A DNA stretch of 64,000 nucleotides, taken from NCBI GenBank assembly GCA_043228905.1, contig JBHGNT010000005.1, forward strand, positions 5,332,001 through 5,396,000. The letters are read 5' to 3'. A model generated the notes under the pieces. That model was not told where the DNA came from and made no database searches. It saw only the letters and a list, made by a program, of their open reading frames with translations. This document shows, piece after piece, positions 1-11,335 of this stretch. A program made the translations under genes and the position numbers. The DNA is from Azolla caroliniana (lineage: Eukaryota; Plantae; Polypodiophyta). Position 1 is the first letter of the stretch. Each line of letters opens with the position of its first letter.

Positions 1-2114
1 ATGTGTATGCATAATTATGTGCAAGGTGTATGTTTGTGACAATGTGATGCAGACAAATAAAGCTAATTAATCACAACAATCTTGACCTCCAGCATTTTGA
101 TGAACTTTATGAGTAATTCATATGAAGCATATAATAGTGAGGGTATATTTGCAAAAGGACTTTTTTTTTCAGAAGGTACGCAAGCACAACTGTCAAGACA
201 TCTTAAAACCTGGAAACATATTAACATAGTAATTCAAATGATGGTATCATGGAAGAGTTTTTCCCAATGAGAGAACATAATGCACTTGCTTTTCTTAATA
301 ATGTATGGATAATATATACTGACGAGCTAGTAATATCTACTATGGACCATTTTACCCTTGGTACATATTTTAAGTCATTTCTGGTTATTATTTCGTAGCC
401 CTGGGTTAGGTTCTAGTTTTATTGTCAACCTACCATTCTCTTTTTGTGCTCCTTTTGTGTTTCTAAAAGTTATTTATATAGGTGGTGCTCCCCTTGTTGG
501 CATTTGTAGCATGGTTATTAGTACTCTTTAGGCTTGATACTTTGAAGATCCCCTAAACATAGCAAAACTATTAGAATTTTCTAGCAATGTTGGTCATAAT
601 ATTTACTTTGAATCAAACTCAATTATTCAAACGGATAAGGGTATTGGGACATAAGGAGGATAATCATCCTCTCCATCATTGGAGATACCCTATACTCTTA
701 CAGTCTCCAATATAATACAATTAGGAACATCATGAATAACACCTAAGTTCAAGTCCATCTTCAATTTACTTGGAAAGCAAGAAGGATAAGCAACCCCTAT
801 GTTGATGGTGATACTGTATTATACTTATCATCTTGAGTATAATACAATTAGGGCCATCATGCATAACACTTAAGTTTGAGTTCATCTTCAATTTACCATG
901 AACACATTTGACTACGAAGCTTAGTTTGAACCGTTAATTGACCCTTGAGAATAATACTCCATGGTTAGTTGTCATTTGTAGTTGATACCCCTTGACTCAA
1001 TGAGAATTATTGGCAAACAATTAACCTTTCTCTCAAAAGATGGGCTATAACATTTAGTACTACCTACCGTTTTGTGATAACATACTCGTCTGTAATTTAA
1101 ACATAAAATAAGACTAGAAGCTATCAAAGGTAATATTATGCTACAACTATAAAGATAGTCAAGTCAAGTCACATTAATAATACTTTCACAAAAATAAACA
1201 AAGATGAATGAGAGCCATGTTTAAAAGAAAGGAACCTTTTTTCAATAAAAGTTTGTGGATATGCTTGTTTTTAATTTTGTCACATTTAAACATGACGAAT
1301 TGAAATAATAGGAGCCACGTTTAACTAAAAGGAACCAACTTCTATAAGTGGTCCTAGATATGATTGAGATTATTGACCAAAGTTGAATAAGATCATATTA
1401 ATTTAAGAAGTCCAAGATAAGCATATTTTTAGAGCAATTCAGAATAATAAAAACTCTTGGTTACTACTTGAAACGATCTTCTGTCGGTTCGTGTAAATTT
1501 CTAAAAAGTTCATCTATTGTGCTTTGACATAAAGTATTTGTCTTCACTTCATGATATTGAATTGCAAAACTCAGGAATTTCAAACACCTTTTGATAATAA
1601 AGGGAGTAATGTAACTTTTACTATACATGATTCAGCCACCCCCAAACAAAAGGTAAAGACATTATTAAAGGTTTGGGTATCATTGTTAATAATTCAAAAA
1701 ACGTGTCCGCCGTAGTAAGGCCTCAGACATTGAAAGGATCACAAAAGAGATTTCAAGAAATTGCTTGACGTGACCTTAGACGAAGGTGTGTTAATATCAC
1801 TAAAGGAGAATATGTGGAAATGCTAATTACTATCATTTCTATAAAATGCAATTTTTTGTAGTTTTTAAAGTTCCCCCAAGTCATCTTAAACAAATTTTCT
1901 GTGGTACAAAAGTTGCGCTATGAAATAGGACAAACAACCCAATCAAATAAAGATTTCAGCAAGAGGTTTCCGATGTTAGATTAAGCCTTAGAGGTGCCAA
2001 CATTGTACATGGATTTTCAATGGCTTTCTCAACATATTTTAGATATCTATGTTGGTCCGACGAGGCACACATCTGAAATATCATAAGATCGGGCTTGCAT
2101 AGCCACAAGACATC

Positions 2115-2116
<2 letters not shown>

Positions 2117-2145
<29 letters not shown>

Positions 2146-2430
2146 CATGAATGATGATGGATGTTAGGGCAAGGAGGATAGGTAGGAACCGAAACAAAAG
2201 ACAGAAGAAAGACATTTGGGGACATCTGATAAAGAGAGAGAGAGAAAGAAAGAAAGATATATTGTCGTTTTCTAAGGCCAAAATTGGCCCATGAGACAAA
2301 TGGTTTACAACAAAAAATGGGATATTTAAGGGAGAGAGAGAGAGAGAGAGAGACGAACGAATGACGATGGATGCTAGGACATAGGTAGGGACTGAAACAA
2401 AAGAGAGAAGAAAGACATTGGGGAATGAAG
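2117..2430 (+). repeat. Diverged direct duplication, each copy headed by an (AG)n microsatellite
   Basis: (GA)n-...gaatga(t/c)gatggatg(t/c)tagg...ataggtagg(a/g)ac(c/t)gaaacaaaaga(c/g)agaagaaagacatt occurs at about 2117-2225 and about 2331-2425. Confidence 0.8.
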
Positions 2431-2789
2431 ATATCGAAACAAATGGTCGATCACAAAAGAATGTGGACATTGAATGGGAATCAAGGGTGATAAATATATG
2501 TATGTAATAGGGACTCGAATTTGTGAGAGCTGAAGATAAGGGAACCCCAACTAGTGGTGGGGGGATACAAACTCAAAGAAAAGCTTCCAAAGGGTATATT
2601 GGTAAACACAAAAAAAGAAAGAAAAAAGCTTCCAAAGGGTATATTGGTAAAAACAAAAAAAAGGAGGCCTTGTGATGGACAGAAGAAAGTTAAAGACTAA
2701 AAAAAAGAATAAAAAGAAAAACAGAGAGACAGAGATACAGAGGAAAAGAAAGAGATGAGATTGATTCCCTTCTTTCCTTTTTAAGGCAC

Positions 2790-2797
2790 TATAAATA
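2790..2797 (+). promoter_or_regulatory. TATA box (TATAAATA) of the repeat-protein gene
   Basis: TATAAATA about 105 bp upstream of the ATG at 2895, followed by a GA-rich leader typical of plant 5' UTRs. Confidence 0.5.
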
Positions 2798-2894
2798 CAA
2801 CACACCCACAATCAGACAGAGGAAGAGAAGAGCAGAGACAGAGGAAGTGCCTATAAAAGAAGGGGAGGGGAGAGAGAGAGAGAGAGAGAGAGGC

Positions 2895-4052
2895 ATGGGT
2901 TTCTCTGAGACTCTGAGCTTTGTGAAGAAGTATCCGATCACCCTGTGTGGGTTTTCATTGCTCTTCATGCCCTCCGTCCACCAGCTCCTCCTCTACTTCA
3001 CACCCCTTCTCCTCTCCACAGGCATCTTCGTGGTGGCCATGCTCACCTCTGCTAATCCCAGCAACAACACTACAACATACTCCCATCATGATGATGAAGA
3101 TAATTATGATGATGCCCCCCCCCATCCTCGCGCCCATGGTTTTGAGACCTTTGGATTTGTAGGAGGAGATGCCGGCGAATCCGATGGTTGGGGTGCCCAT
3201 CTCGAACGAGAACCCCAATTCTTAATGGCAACATCTACTACCCATAGACTCCTCCGCCCGAGAAAAGCTCGGCTCGCCCACAAGTGCGCAGAGGCCAAGC
3301 AGGAGACCCATGAGTGCGAAATGCCGGCCGCCGAATCCTGTCCGGACCCGCACCTGTCTGATAACCCCCTAGCAAGCGCCGAACCGGATCCGGGCTTGTG
3401 CGAACAGCCCCTAGCACGCGCCGAGCCGGACCCGGACTTGTGCGAACAGCCCCTAGCAAGGTCCGAGCCGGACCTGGACTTGTGCGAACAGCCCCTAGCA
3501 AGGTCCGAGCCAGATCCGGACTTGTGCGAAAATCCCCTAGCAAGGTCCGAGCCAGACCCAGACTTGTGCGAAAAGCCCCTAGCAAGGTTCGAGCCGGACC
3601 CGGACTTGTGCGAAAAGCCCCTAGCAAGGTCCGAGCCGGACCCGGACTTGTGCGAAAAGCCCCTAGCAAGGTCCGAGCCGGACCCGGACTTGTGTGAAAA
3701 GCCCCTAGAAAGGTCCGAGCCGGACCCGGACTTGTGCGAAAATCCCCTAGCAAGGTCCAAACCAGACCCGGACTTGTGTGAAAAGCCCCTAGCCGGTGTT
3801 GAGCCAGAATTGTATGTGGAACCCATCCTCGTGGACGGAGCGCCACTTGTAAATGAGAGGCACATGGAGGTTGGCAATGTAGAGAAGGCCCTTGCCAGAA
3901 GTGCCGGAGAAGCCCTCCCACATGATGTCCAGATGCTATTGGTGACTTCTAGAAGATTATCCATGGAGCAGCACCATGACAATCCCCTGTCATTGTGCTT
4001 AGTGAACAACACCTTATCCCAACCATCGCGAACCTTGCAAGTTGCCTTGTAA
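2895..4052 (+). CDS. Intronless protein (about 385 aa) with N-terminal hydrophobic/TM segments and 11 tandem 14-aa repeats (EPDPDLCEKPLARS); function unknown
   Basis: Long ORF with first ATG at 2895 after a (GA)n leader. Hydrophobic N-terminus KKYPITLCGFSLLFMPSVHQLLLYFTPLLLSTGIFVVAMLT. GC-rich coding-like composition against an AT-rich background, and an upstream TATA box. Confidence 0.75.
   Translation: MGFSETLSFVKKYPITLCGFSLLFMPSVHQLLLYFTPLLLSTGIFVVAMLTSANPSNNTTTYSHHDDEDNYDDAPPHPRAHGFETFGFVGGDAGESDGWGAHLEREPQFLMATSTTHRLLRPRKARLAHKCAEAKQETHECEMPAAESCPDPHLSDNPLASAEPDPGLCEQPLARAEPDPDLCEQPLARSEPDLDLCEQPLARSEPDPDLCENPLARSEPDPDLCEKPLARFEPDPDLCEKPLARSEPDPDLCEKPLARSEPDPDLCEKPLERSEPDPDLCENPLARSKPDPDLCEKPLAGVEPELYVEPILVDGAPLVNERHMEVGNVEKALARSAGEALPHDVQMLLVTSRRLSMEQHHDNPLSLCLVNNTLSQPSRTLQVAL
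3339..3800 (+). repeat. Coding minisatellite, 11 x 42 bp
   Basis: Unit gagccggacccggacttgtgcgaaaagcccctagcaaggtcc repeated with 42-bp period from 3339 to 3800; the first unit is degenerate. Confidence 0.95.
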
Positions 4053-6531
4053 ACCTTCTCTTCGCAGTGTTGCGCTGACTCTGTGTATTTTGCTATCATC
4101 TTTCTTTATGCAGTTTTGCCATAGCCTTTTGGGTGCAAAACCATCCTAAGTGTCAATGAACATGGAAGCAATATATGATTTTGCTTGTTTTCCCACAAGG
4201 GAGAACTTTGTATAGGGTAGAGCCTTGTATGAATTTTATTATGTACTAACTTATCGGTGTTTTTTCCACAAAAATCATTATTAGTATCAGTTTACTATCA
4301 CTATAACTATCAGTATCTTGATTGTTAGGGACCATGGTTCATTTCCTATTGTACAAATTGTTTTTGCTTATATTCCACCTTTAACAACTTATCGCATAAT
4401 GTCCAAAATAGTGGGACCAAAATCTTATGCTACCAAGTTCAGGTTTTCTTAATAGCATATGCTATTTGTTTTTCAGTTTATAGTTTCATTAAGGTTCAAA
4501 GGTCATTTGGGAGTTTTTCAGCGTGTTTTTATCAAGTGGAAAGCTAGATTGGGGTGCATCTTGTATGTGATCTATTCTTAAAAGCCAGTGGATTTGTTGG
4601 TGATTGGAATTTGGAAGGAACCCTTCTTGGGTTAGACATAGTTGGTTTTGAACTTTTGTGTAATTCAAAATTGGAAAACAATTCCCTATACCATGGGTTC
4701 CCCAAACTCCTCCTTTGGATTGTGCATAAGTTTCTAATGCACTTTGCTAGATTGCCATGGTTTCCCCAAAATCCTTCTTTTGGATTATGCATATGTTTCT
4801 AATGCACTTTGTTAGATTTGTCAATCAGAATGTAGCATGCTTTAATTGGTTTTTGCTCGGCTTCATATGCGTAGCATAGGACATGTGGCATACTGAAATT
4901 GCCTTCCCAGACAAAACATGAGAAGATCTCATGGACTCAATAACTAGACAAAGAAAATCCCTAACATGAGGAGGTCCCACGTCTTCGATGCAAGGTGGAA
5001 AATGTCCTTGACTAGAAAATCTTGATATATAACAGTGTGGTTGTAGAACAAAGTATTTCATATTGTGGTGCACAAAGCACCACAATATATCCATTTAGTC
5101 TATGTTTATGTATTTTTTGCTTTGTCCATATGTATGAAGGGTTTTACTCTATCTCAAGCCAATTCAGAATTCACTAACCATTTGGGTACGTAAAAGTAAG
5201 AGAAACCCATTTGTCTCCAAATTTAGATTCCTTGATTCAAAACTTGTACCACTTATGTGGACTCTTCTCTACTTGAATATTTTGGGGAACTTAGCATAAA
5301 AATAAATCCCATACATATATATGTATGTAATCTTTTACTTATTCTAAACTTTGATAATTGAGTTGGCCATGAAGTATATTGTTGCCCTTAATGTGCTATC
5401 GTCTACTTATTGTCTATTTCATGGAAAAGGTGGCATATTTAAATCAATGTGCTTATCTAAATTTATCTTTCGGTTTGCCACATTTGCTACAAATTTGTTT
5501 GAAAATTGGGCTACATATCCCCAAGATTCTAACATAGTCACCCTTCAACATTCTAGGATTTGCCACAATTTGCAATGCAACTTATGCCAAAATAGTGATG
5601 AGGTGAGGGGCAAGAATAGAGATTCTTAGCAGGTAAACTCTTCAATGCAATCTAACATATTGCGTTCATACATAAGGTGCATTGCATTTTATGTTTTGTG
5701 CATGACCGTGTCATTAAGATTTAGCTTTGAGACCACAAGACAAATCCTCTAGTTCTAAGTGTTCTTCTATCAATTTTATGACAATGGAAACAGAAATTAA
5801 AAGTAGCACATTGATTTATTTAAATTTCGGAGAACTTACAAGTTTAAGAATGTTTCAAATCATGATATTGTGGTGTGGATGTGTTCCTTATGTGCATTTC
5901 ACAATATTAAGCATAATACATTAATTACCATATATCAAACAACTAATATAGAATGCCATGGAAATGTGTAATACAAACACATCAATGCATATAAATGAAG
6001 GTATATGTTGGGCTGATGTAAATAAGATTCATGCTTTACATACATAATTGTAATACATGTGGGGTTATTGGCTGATCAAATATATTTACAATCACATCCC
6101 TAAAACTATAAATTACTATTAAAATCGTTGATATGAGTTTTGGTTTACCTAGCACTCTAGAGCATCATCTTTCATTTTCTACTAAAGAGAAATAGGCACA
6201 ATCAACAAAGCAAAAATCCCTTGGACTTTGGGGTTCTCCTCTAGCAGCTTTATTCTTTGTCGAATATTTTTATGGATTTATCAATAAGGACGCGCATATA
6301 GACAAGTTTGGGCACTTTATCTTAAAACAAAACCAATTACACTACAATGACACTTAGTTATCAACATACAATAAGTAAGTAGGTGGCATTATGTGGAAAG
6401 CATGATGGGTTGCTATCCCTTTTTAACTTCTCGTTTCCACCACAAAAAAGAATGCATTAAGCTATTTAAACCCCGACTCACATATATTTCATTAATATTT
6501 CATACTATATACCATATACTATTTGAATGTT

Positions 6532-6793
6532 ACTGCAAGAGATATGGAGTGAAATTGTAGCCAATCTAAAGAGCCAATATGATGGCCTCAAGGACAGCTC
6601 CGATGGAGTTGAAAGATAACGAATAGCCTTCATCCAACAATGGTCGTCCTCTCCCTTTCTTGAGTTAGTGGGCATCCACATAAGATGGAACTATCCCGTC
6701 CCTACAGGGATTTGTACATAATCGTCTCATTTGTAAAATTTTATAACTAATGGAAGGAGTTTTTTTCTGGAAAGAATATATATATATATATAT
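6532..6793 (+). mobile_element. 5'-truncated LINE (non-LTR retrotransposon) 3' end with (TA)n tail and target-site duplication
   Basis: Direct repeat atatactatttgaatgtt at 6514-6531 and 6794-6811 flanks the insert. The insert translates LQEIWSEIVANLKSQYDG...*RIAFIQQWSSSPFLELVGIHIRWNYPVP, resembling a LINE ORF2 C-terminus, then a short AT-rich UTR and a (TA)n tail. Confidence 0.6.
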
Positions 6794-7499
6794 ATATACT
6801 ATTTGAATGTTGACATCTAGTGCCACTATTGTGCAAGAAACCATTATCAAGCAACAAAGAAAATGTACACCCATTTGGATTCAACACCCATTTACTTTTA
6901 ATGTATGCAAATTGCAATTCTGAAAAGGTGGCTTGTCTAGTATAGTTTCAAAGTGAGAAATGATATCATCATGATGAGGCAACATGGACTTTATTCATTT
7001 AAGTTTCACACTCTAAGATACACGATCTTGATTGTTGCAATTACTAAGAGATGTATAGCTTTATGTCAAGTATTCAAAGGGTTGTTTCCATGTTTTAATA
7101 TTTATATGTTTGATCTCCATGAAACACGTTCCGCATTTCCATGAGTATTAAGTGCCAAAAGAACATTGAACCAAGTGGTATTATAAATAGTTTTTCAAAA
7201 GATTGTGGTCGATCCATAAAAAAGAATCAATCAAACGCATCAAGGTGAGGGATAGTAATTTGTCACAAACTAGTTAGAGGTCTCAAGGAAATGTGTTGAT
7301 ACTTTTGGTTGCATATGCAAAACTAGTTGATGCTAACCCTTATTTATAGAGCAAGAGACCTTACACAAGAGACACATTAGGAGGATAAACTTTTGTAGGT
7401 AAGAACTAGGTTACAACAGTTGAAAGCGCTTAGATGGGATGCCATTACTCTTGAAATTCTTATCACATTTTAGGACTATTTGAACGATGCATTAGTATA

Positions 7500-8250
7500 C
7501 GTGACAAATCAAGTCTAGAAAGATTCATAATTGCCTAACTCATAGAAAAAGGGTTTGATCAAACTTTGTCCAAAGAAGAAATCATGTGAAACATTTTTAG
7601 ATTGGGGGCCAATATAGCTTATGCTATGATATATAAGTTGATTATTAACGTCTTGGCAAAAAGAATTAAAGAATAATTTTGTAAAGGCATTCATCCTAAT
7701 GAAAATGATCTTATCCATGAATACAAATAATCGATAACATTGGTAGTGCCTATATTGGTGTGTAGTGTGCAAAATACACACATATAGATATAATGATAAT
7801 GCAAGTAGATATTGAGAAAGCATTTGATACTATCCATTTAAATTTTGTGGAAGCTAAAATGCAAAAGATGGGGCTTGAGCATAAAATGTCAGAAATGTTT
7901 TATTGGTTATCTGAAAATAACTTCAATAATGTATATTGTATAAACAATCATGGATTCTTGGACATTATATGATTTGGTGAGGCAAGATAACTCTACTAGT
8001 ACATTACTCTAGGCAATTACCATTCACCCATTTTATTATAGTTCAATAATCTTGTGACAACTGGTCAATTACATTGGTTACAACTTACAACCATCAAAAT
8101 GCAAGGGATCTTGTGCCTTAAGCTTATGAGAATGACTCTTATTTTATGTCAAACAATGATCCCCAAAATATGCAACCAATAGCAAATTCTCTTGAGTTGT
8201 ATGTTCTGGTTGTTGGATATGTGTCAACTTCATTAGATAAAAAATCTTAC
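7500..8250 (-). mobile_element. Possible highly degraded LINE reverse-transcriptase remnant
   Basis: Scattered minus-strand peptide fragments (TTQE.., KAQDP..FDG, LKPHL, Q.AFL-like) in the order expected for the early RT region. Many stops and frameshifts; boundaries approximate. Confidence 0.25.
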
Positions 8251-9432
8251 TCCTATATTCATGTGATTGGCATGCACATGTAGGATTAGGGCACATAATT
8301 TGCACAAACGAAATACCAACACATCTCGGATACCCACTTGATTGCAATGCAACAAAGAAGAAGAGGATTGAATGGGTTTTACAAAATGTCAAACAAAAGT
8401 TGAATCACTAGAAGATAGCAACCTAGCCATTGCATGTATGCTTATGAACAATTCAATCAATATTGATGGCTTATCTACTAACATTACTGCTTCCTCATTT
8501 GCCAATATATGTCTTCAGTCTCCTATGTTTGGTATTTGGAAAATCATTTGTTGGGAATGTGTTTGGCAAGTTTAATGGTGGAATGAAAGGGCATCCATTT
8601 AGCACCAAATTGATCAAAGATCAGAAGTTAGTAGTGCAAAAGGTCTTAGGATGCAATAGAAATATATCCTCAGGTTTATCACTTAAGCAATGAATGTACT
8701 AATGTAGATGTTTATATATCAGGTTAAATTCCAATAGAGAATCCCACCTAGAGAAAAGGAGAACCATTTATTCTCTTCATGCGAGATGTTGTAGTGGATC
8801 ACAAAGAATGATTCACTCGTTATGGCCTTGCTCGTCACCAATAAAGGTTAGCCATCAGCTGAAGCCAATGTTCAAACTCAAGTTTCCAGAGATATAGTTC
8901 ACAAATCATTTTTGCTACAAGGCGATGCCATCTTTTACCATTGGGCCAGATTTTGGGCATTTTAGACCATTTGGATAAGTCAGAATCATGTGGCACTTGG
9001 TTAGATGCCTATTGTGGAATTTCATTTCTTAAAGTCCACTTTGAGACGATCTCTTTATGATAGTCTCCAATTTATAAAAATCCCTCCAAGAGATGTTTCA
9101 ATTTCATTTTGGGCATTGAAATTTTGTTTACTTTTGTTTTTCACGGGGTTTTACCTCCCATTGAAGTTTTCCACTAGCAATATTATGTATTGCCAAAACA
9201 AAAATACAAATTTCTTAATGTGATGGTTTACAGCTACATCACCTACTCCAAGAAAAGCTTTCAATTTTTGTTTGAGTGCCTGCGAGCACCATATTGTCCA
9301 AGGGTATTTTTGTACATTAACATTCTTTTGTGGATTTTCAACTCATATTGAGGTTTCTCAACAGTACCACAGCTCATAACTAGGAAAAATCTATTCCCGC
9401 ATTTTTCTATGCTTTACTTCCTTTGGTATATA

Positions 9433-10746
9433 TCATAACAAAAAGGTCTTCTTTCGTGCATCCGCATGTAAGGCATGACCAAGTTCTGAAATAACTTTTA
9501 CCCTATAACCATGTTCATCAGCAAGAGTTTTTTCTCTCTCCATGAGGGCAGTGCAAGCATGAATAACAAACATGAGAGTATGCTGATCTTCATTCACATA
9601 TGATGATTCCTTCATTTGTCTATACAAAAGCAAAGCATTTTCGACGTGGCCATGTTCAACATAAATACACAACATTGCATTCCATGAAACAACAGTTCGT
9701 TCTGATAGTGCTTGAAATGCATACTCGGCATCCACGATAGAGCCACACTTTCCATATACATTAACTAATGTGGTACCTAAAAAGACGTTTTCCGAAAATC
9801 CCATGCTCTCAGAGACCATATGTAATGCTCTTCCAATCACAAGAACCTCGGACTTTATGGGAACAACCTCTTTGTTCTCAGCCACAAGTATACCACATGC
9901 ACGAAGCGCAAAAACAATAGAGAGATGGTCAGGTTCAACGCCCTCTTCCTTGACCATCCTTGTATAAAGCAATAGAGCCTTGTCTCCTCTTCCTTCTTCA
10001 ACATAGGCAGAAAGCATTGCATTCCACGAAACGACATTATGGTGAAGAGGTGACATTATAGAGAACACATGCTCCGCTTCCTGAACCATTCCACACTTCC
10101 CATACATACTAATGAGCGTGGAAACAATCCTCACATCAAAGGCAAAGCCAATTCTTAGAGCATCAGAATGTAACGCACGTCCAACTTCCGAAGCCCACGA
10201 TGAGATGAGACATTGGTTCTTATATGCTTTTTCCTCCTTTCCAGGTTTTTGGCCATTTTCACTTTTTACATTGGATGTGAGAATTCCGCAAGCTTGAAGA
10301 CAAATAACAAATGTGACCGCATTTGGATGCATGCCTTCCTCTCTCATCTGCCTATATAATAAGAGTACCTTCTCTCCTTCACCATTTTTGACATATACAG
10401 ATAACATTGCATTCCACAACACTACATCAATTGGCTTAAAACCCATTGCAAACACATGCTCTGCTTCAAGAATAGCACCAAATCTTCCATAAAAGCTTAC
10501 AACAGAACTTACAACGAGTGCGTCTTTTACAAGACCTATGCTTTGAGCACAGTCATGAAGCTTCATGCCTTCTATCAAGTTTCCTTGGTTGCCAAGAGCT
10601 TTGAAAAGGCGAGCAAAATTCAGCTTTGTGGGTTCAAAGCTCTCTATGTTATTGCCATAAGTCAGGCCTCCATAAATAGAAAAGGGTATATTTAAGCCTT
10701 TCGAACAAAAAGGGGCATTCCTTCGTGGAATAATCCAAGAATTCAT
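9433..10746 (-). CDS. PLS-class pentatricopeptide repeat protein, short, with long-insertion L motifs and no E/DYW C-terminus (possibly truncated or a pseudogene)
   Basis: Motifs VVLWNAMLSVYV, TLISMYGKCG, NVVSWNAMLSAYV, TLVNVYGKCGS. The ORF ends mid-array at ALHADARKKTFLL*. Confidence 0.8.
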   Translation of the reverse strand: MNSWIIPRRNAPFCSKGLNIPFSIYGGLTYGNNIESFEPTKLNFARLFKALGNQGNLIEGMKLHDCAQSIGLVKDALVVSSVVSFYGRFGAILEAEHVFAMGFKPIDVVLWNAMLSVYVKNGEGEKVLLLYRQMREEGMHPNAVTFVICLQACGILTSNVKSENGQKPGKEEKAYKNQCLISSWASEVGRALHSDALRIGFAFDVRIVSTLISMYGKCGMVQEAEHVFSIMSPLHHNVVSWNAMLSAYVEEGRGDKALLLYTRMVKEEGVEPDHLSIVFALRACGILVAENKEVVPIKSEVLVIGRALHMVSESMGFSENVFLGTTLVNVYGKCGSIVDAEYAFQALSERTVVSWNAMLCIYVEHGHVENALLLYRQMKESSYVNEDQHTLMFVIHACTALMEREKTLADEHGYRVKVISELGHALHADARKKTFLL

Positions 10747-10774
10747 GAATTCACTCTTCTTTCTCTTACTGTAT

Positions 10775-11335
10775 TGTTAGTTTGAATGTCTGCCAATCAT
10801 CACATTCTGAAAGGGAGGACTTCTATCACGAATTCATACAATCCAAACACTCTACAAAAATCTTCAAAAACTACTCCAATTTTACACACACCCATATTGT
10901 GCTTTCCGCCATCACATCCAATTAATATCATCATGTCTTCAAGAGAATGAATCCCTCTCGAATTTATATTATCCAACCACTCTACGTACATCTTCAAATG
11001 CTACCACAGTTTCATACACATTATGTTTTCAACCATCACATCTGATTGATGTCATTACATTTCTGAGAGACCAAATCCTTTTCAAGCTCATACAATCCAA
11101 ACACTCTACATACATTTTTAAAAGCTGCCACAATTTTCATATACATGCTCATACCATGAGTTTTTTCTTCTCAAAAATCACTTCCAATGGAATCACGTAT
11201 TTCATGAAGCGGGTAATATACCTTTTTATGCCACATTGCATACAATCTTGAGAAAGCCTCTGAATCTCCAAGATTTTTTGCAGGGAAAGATTAGGTTTTC
11301 TTGCAGCATTTCTCCATGCCATGGAAAAGCTCTTA
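10775..11335 (-). pseudogene. Inverted, decayed and internally triplicated copy of the 5' CDS of the neighbouring PPR gene (about 12632-12965)
   Basis: The reverse complement of 11301-11321 (tggcatggagaaatgctgcaa) is identical to 12644-12664. RC 11255-11266 = gattcagaggct at 12698-12709. Three about 125-bp units match the ...tgtggtagctttgaagatgcatgccgagtgtttgaatgtatg segment. Confidence 0.8.

Noticed and set aside
2847-2894. ORF-track N-terminal extension MPIKEGEGRERERERG
   Set aside because: It starts at GTG and runs through a (GA)n leader; the first ATG is at 2895
3339-3800. CRISPR-like array
   Set aside because: Units are contiguous 42-bp tandem copies with no unique spacers, inside a eukaryotic CDS
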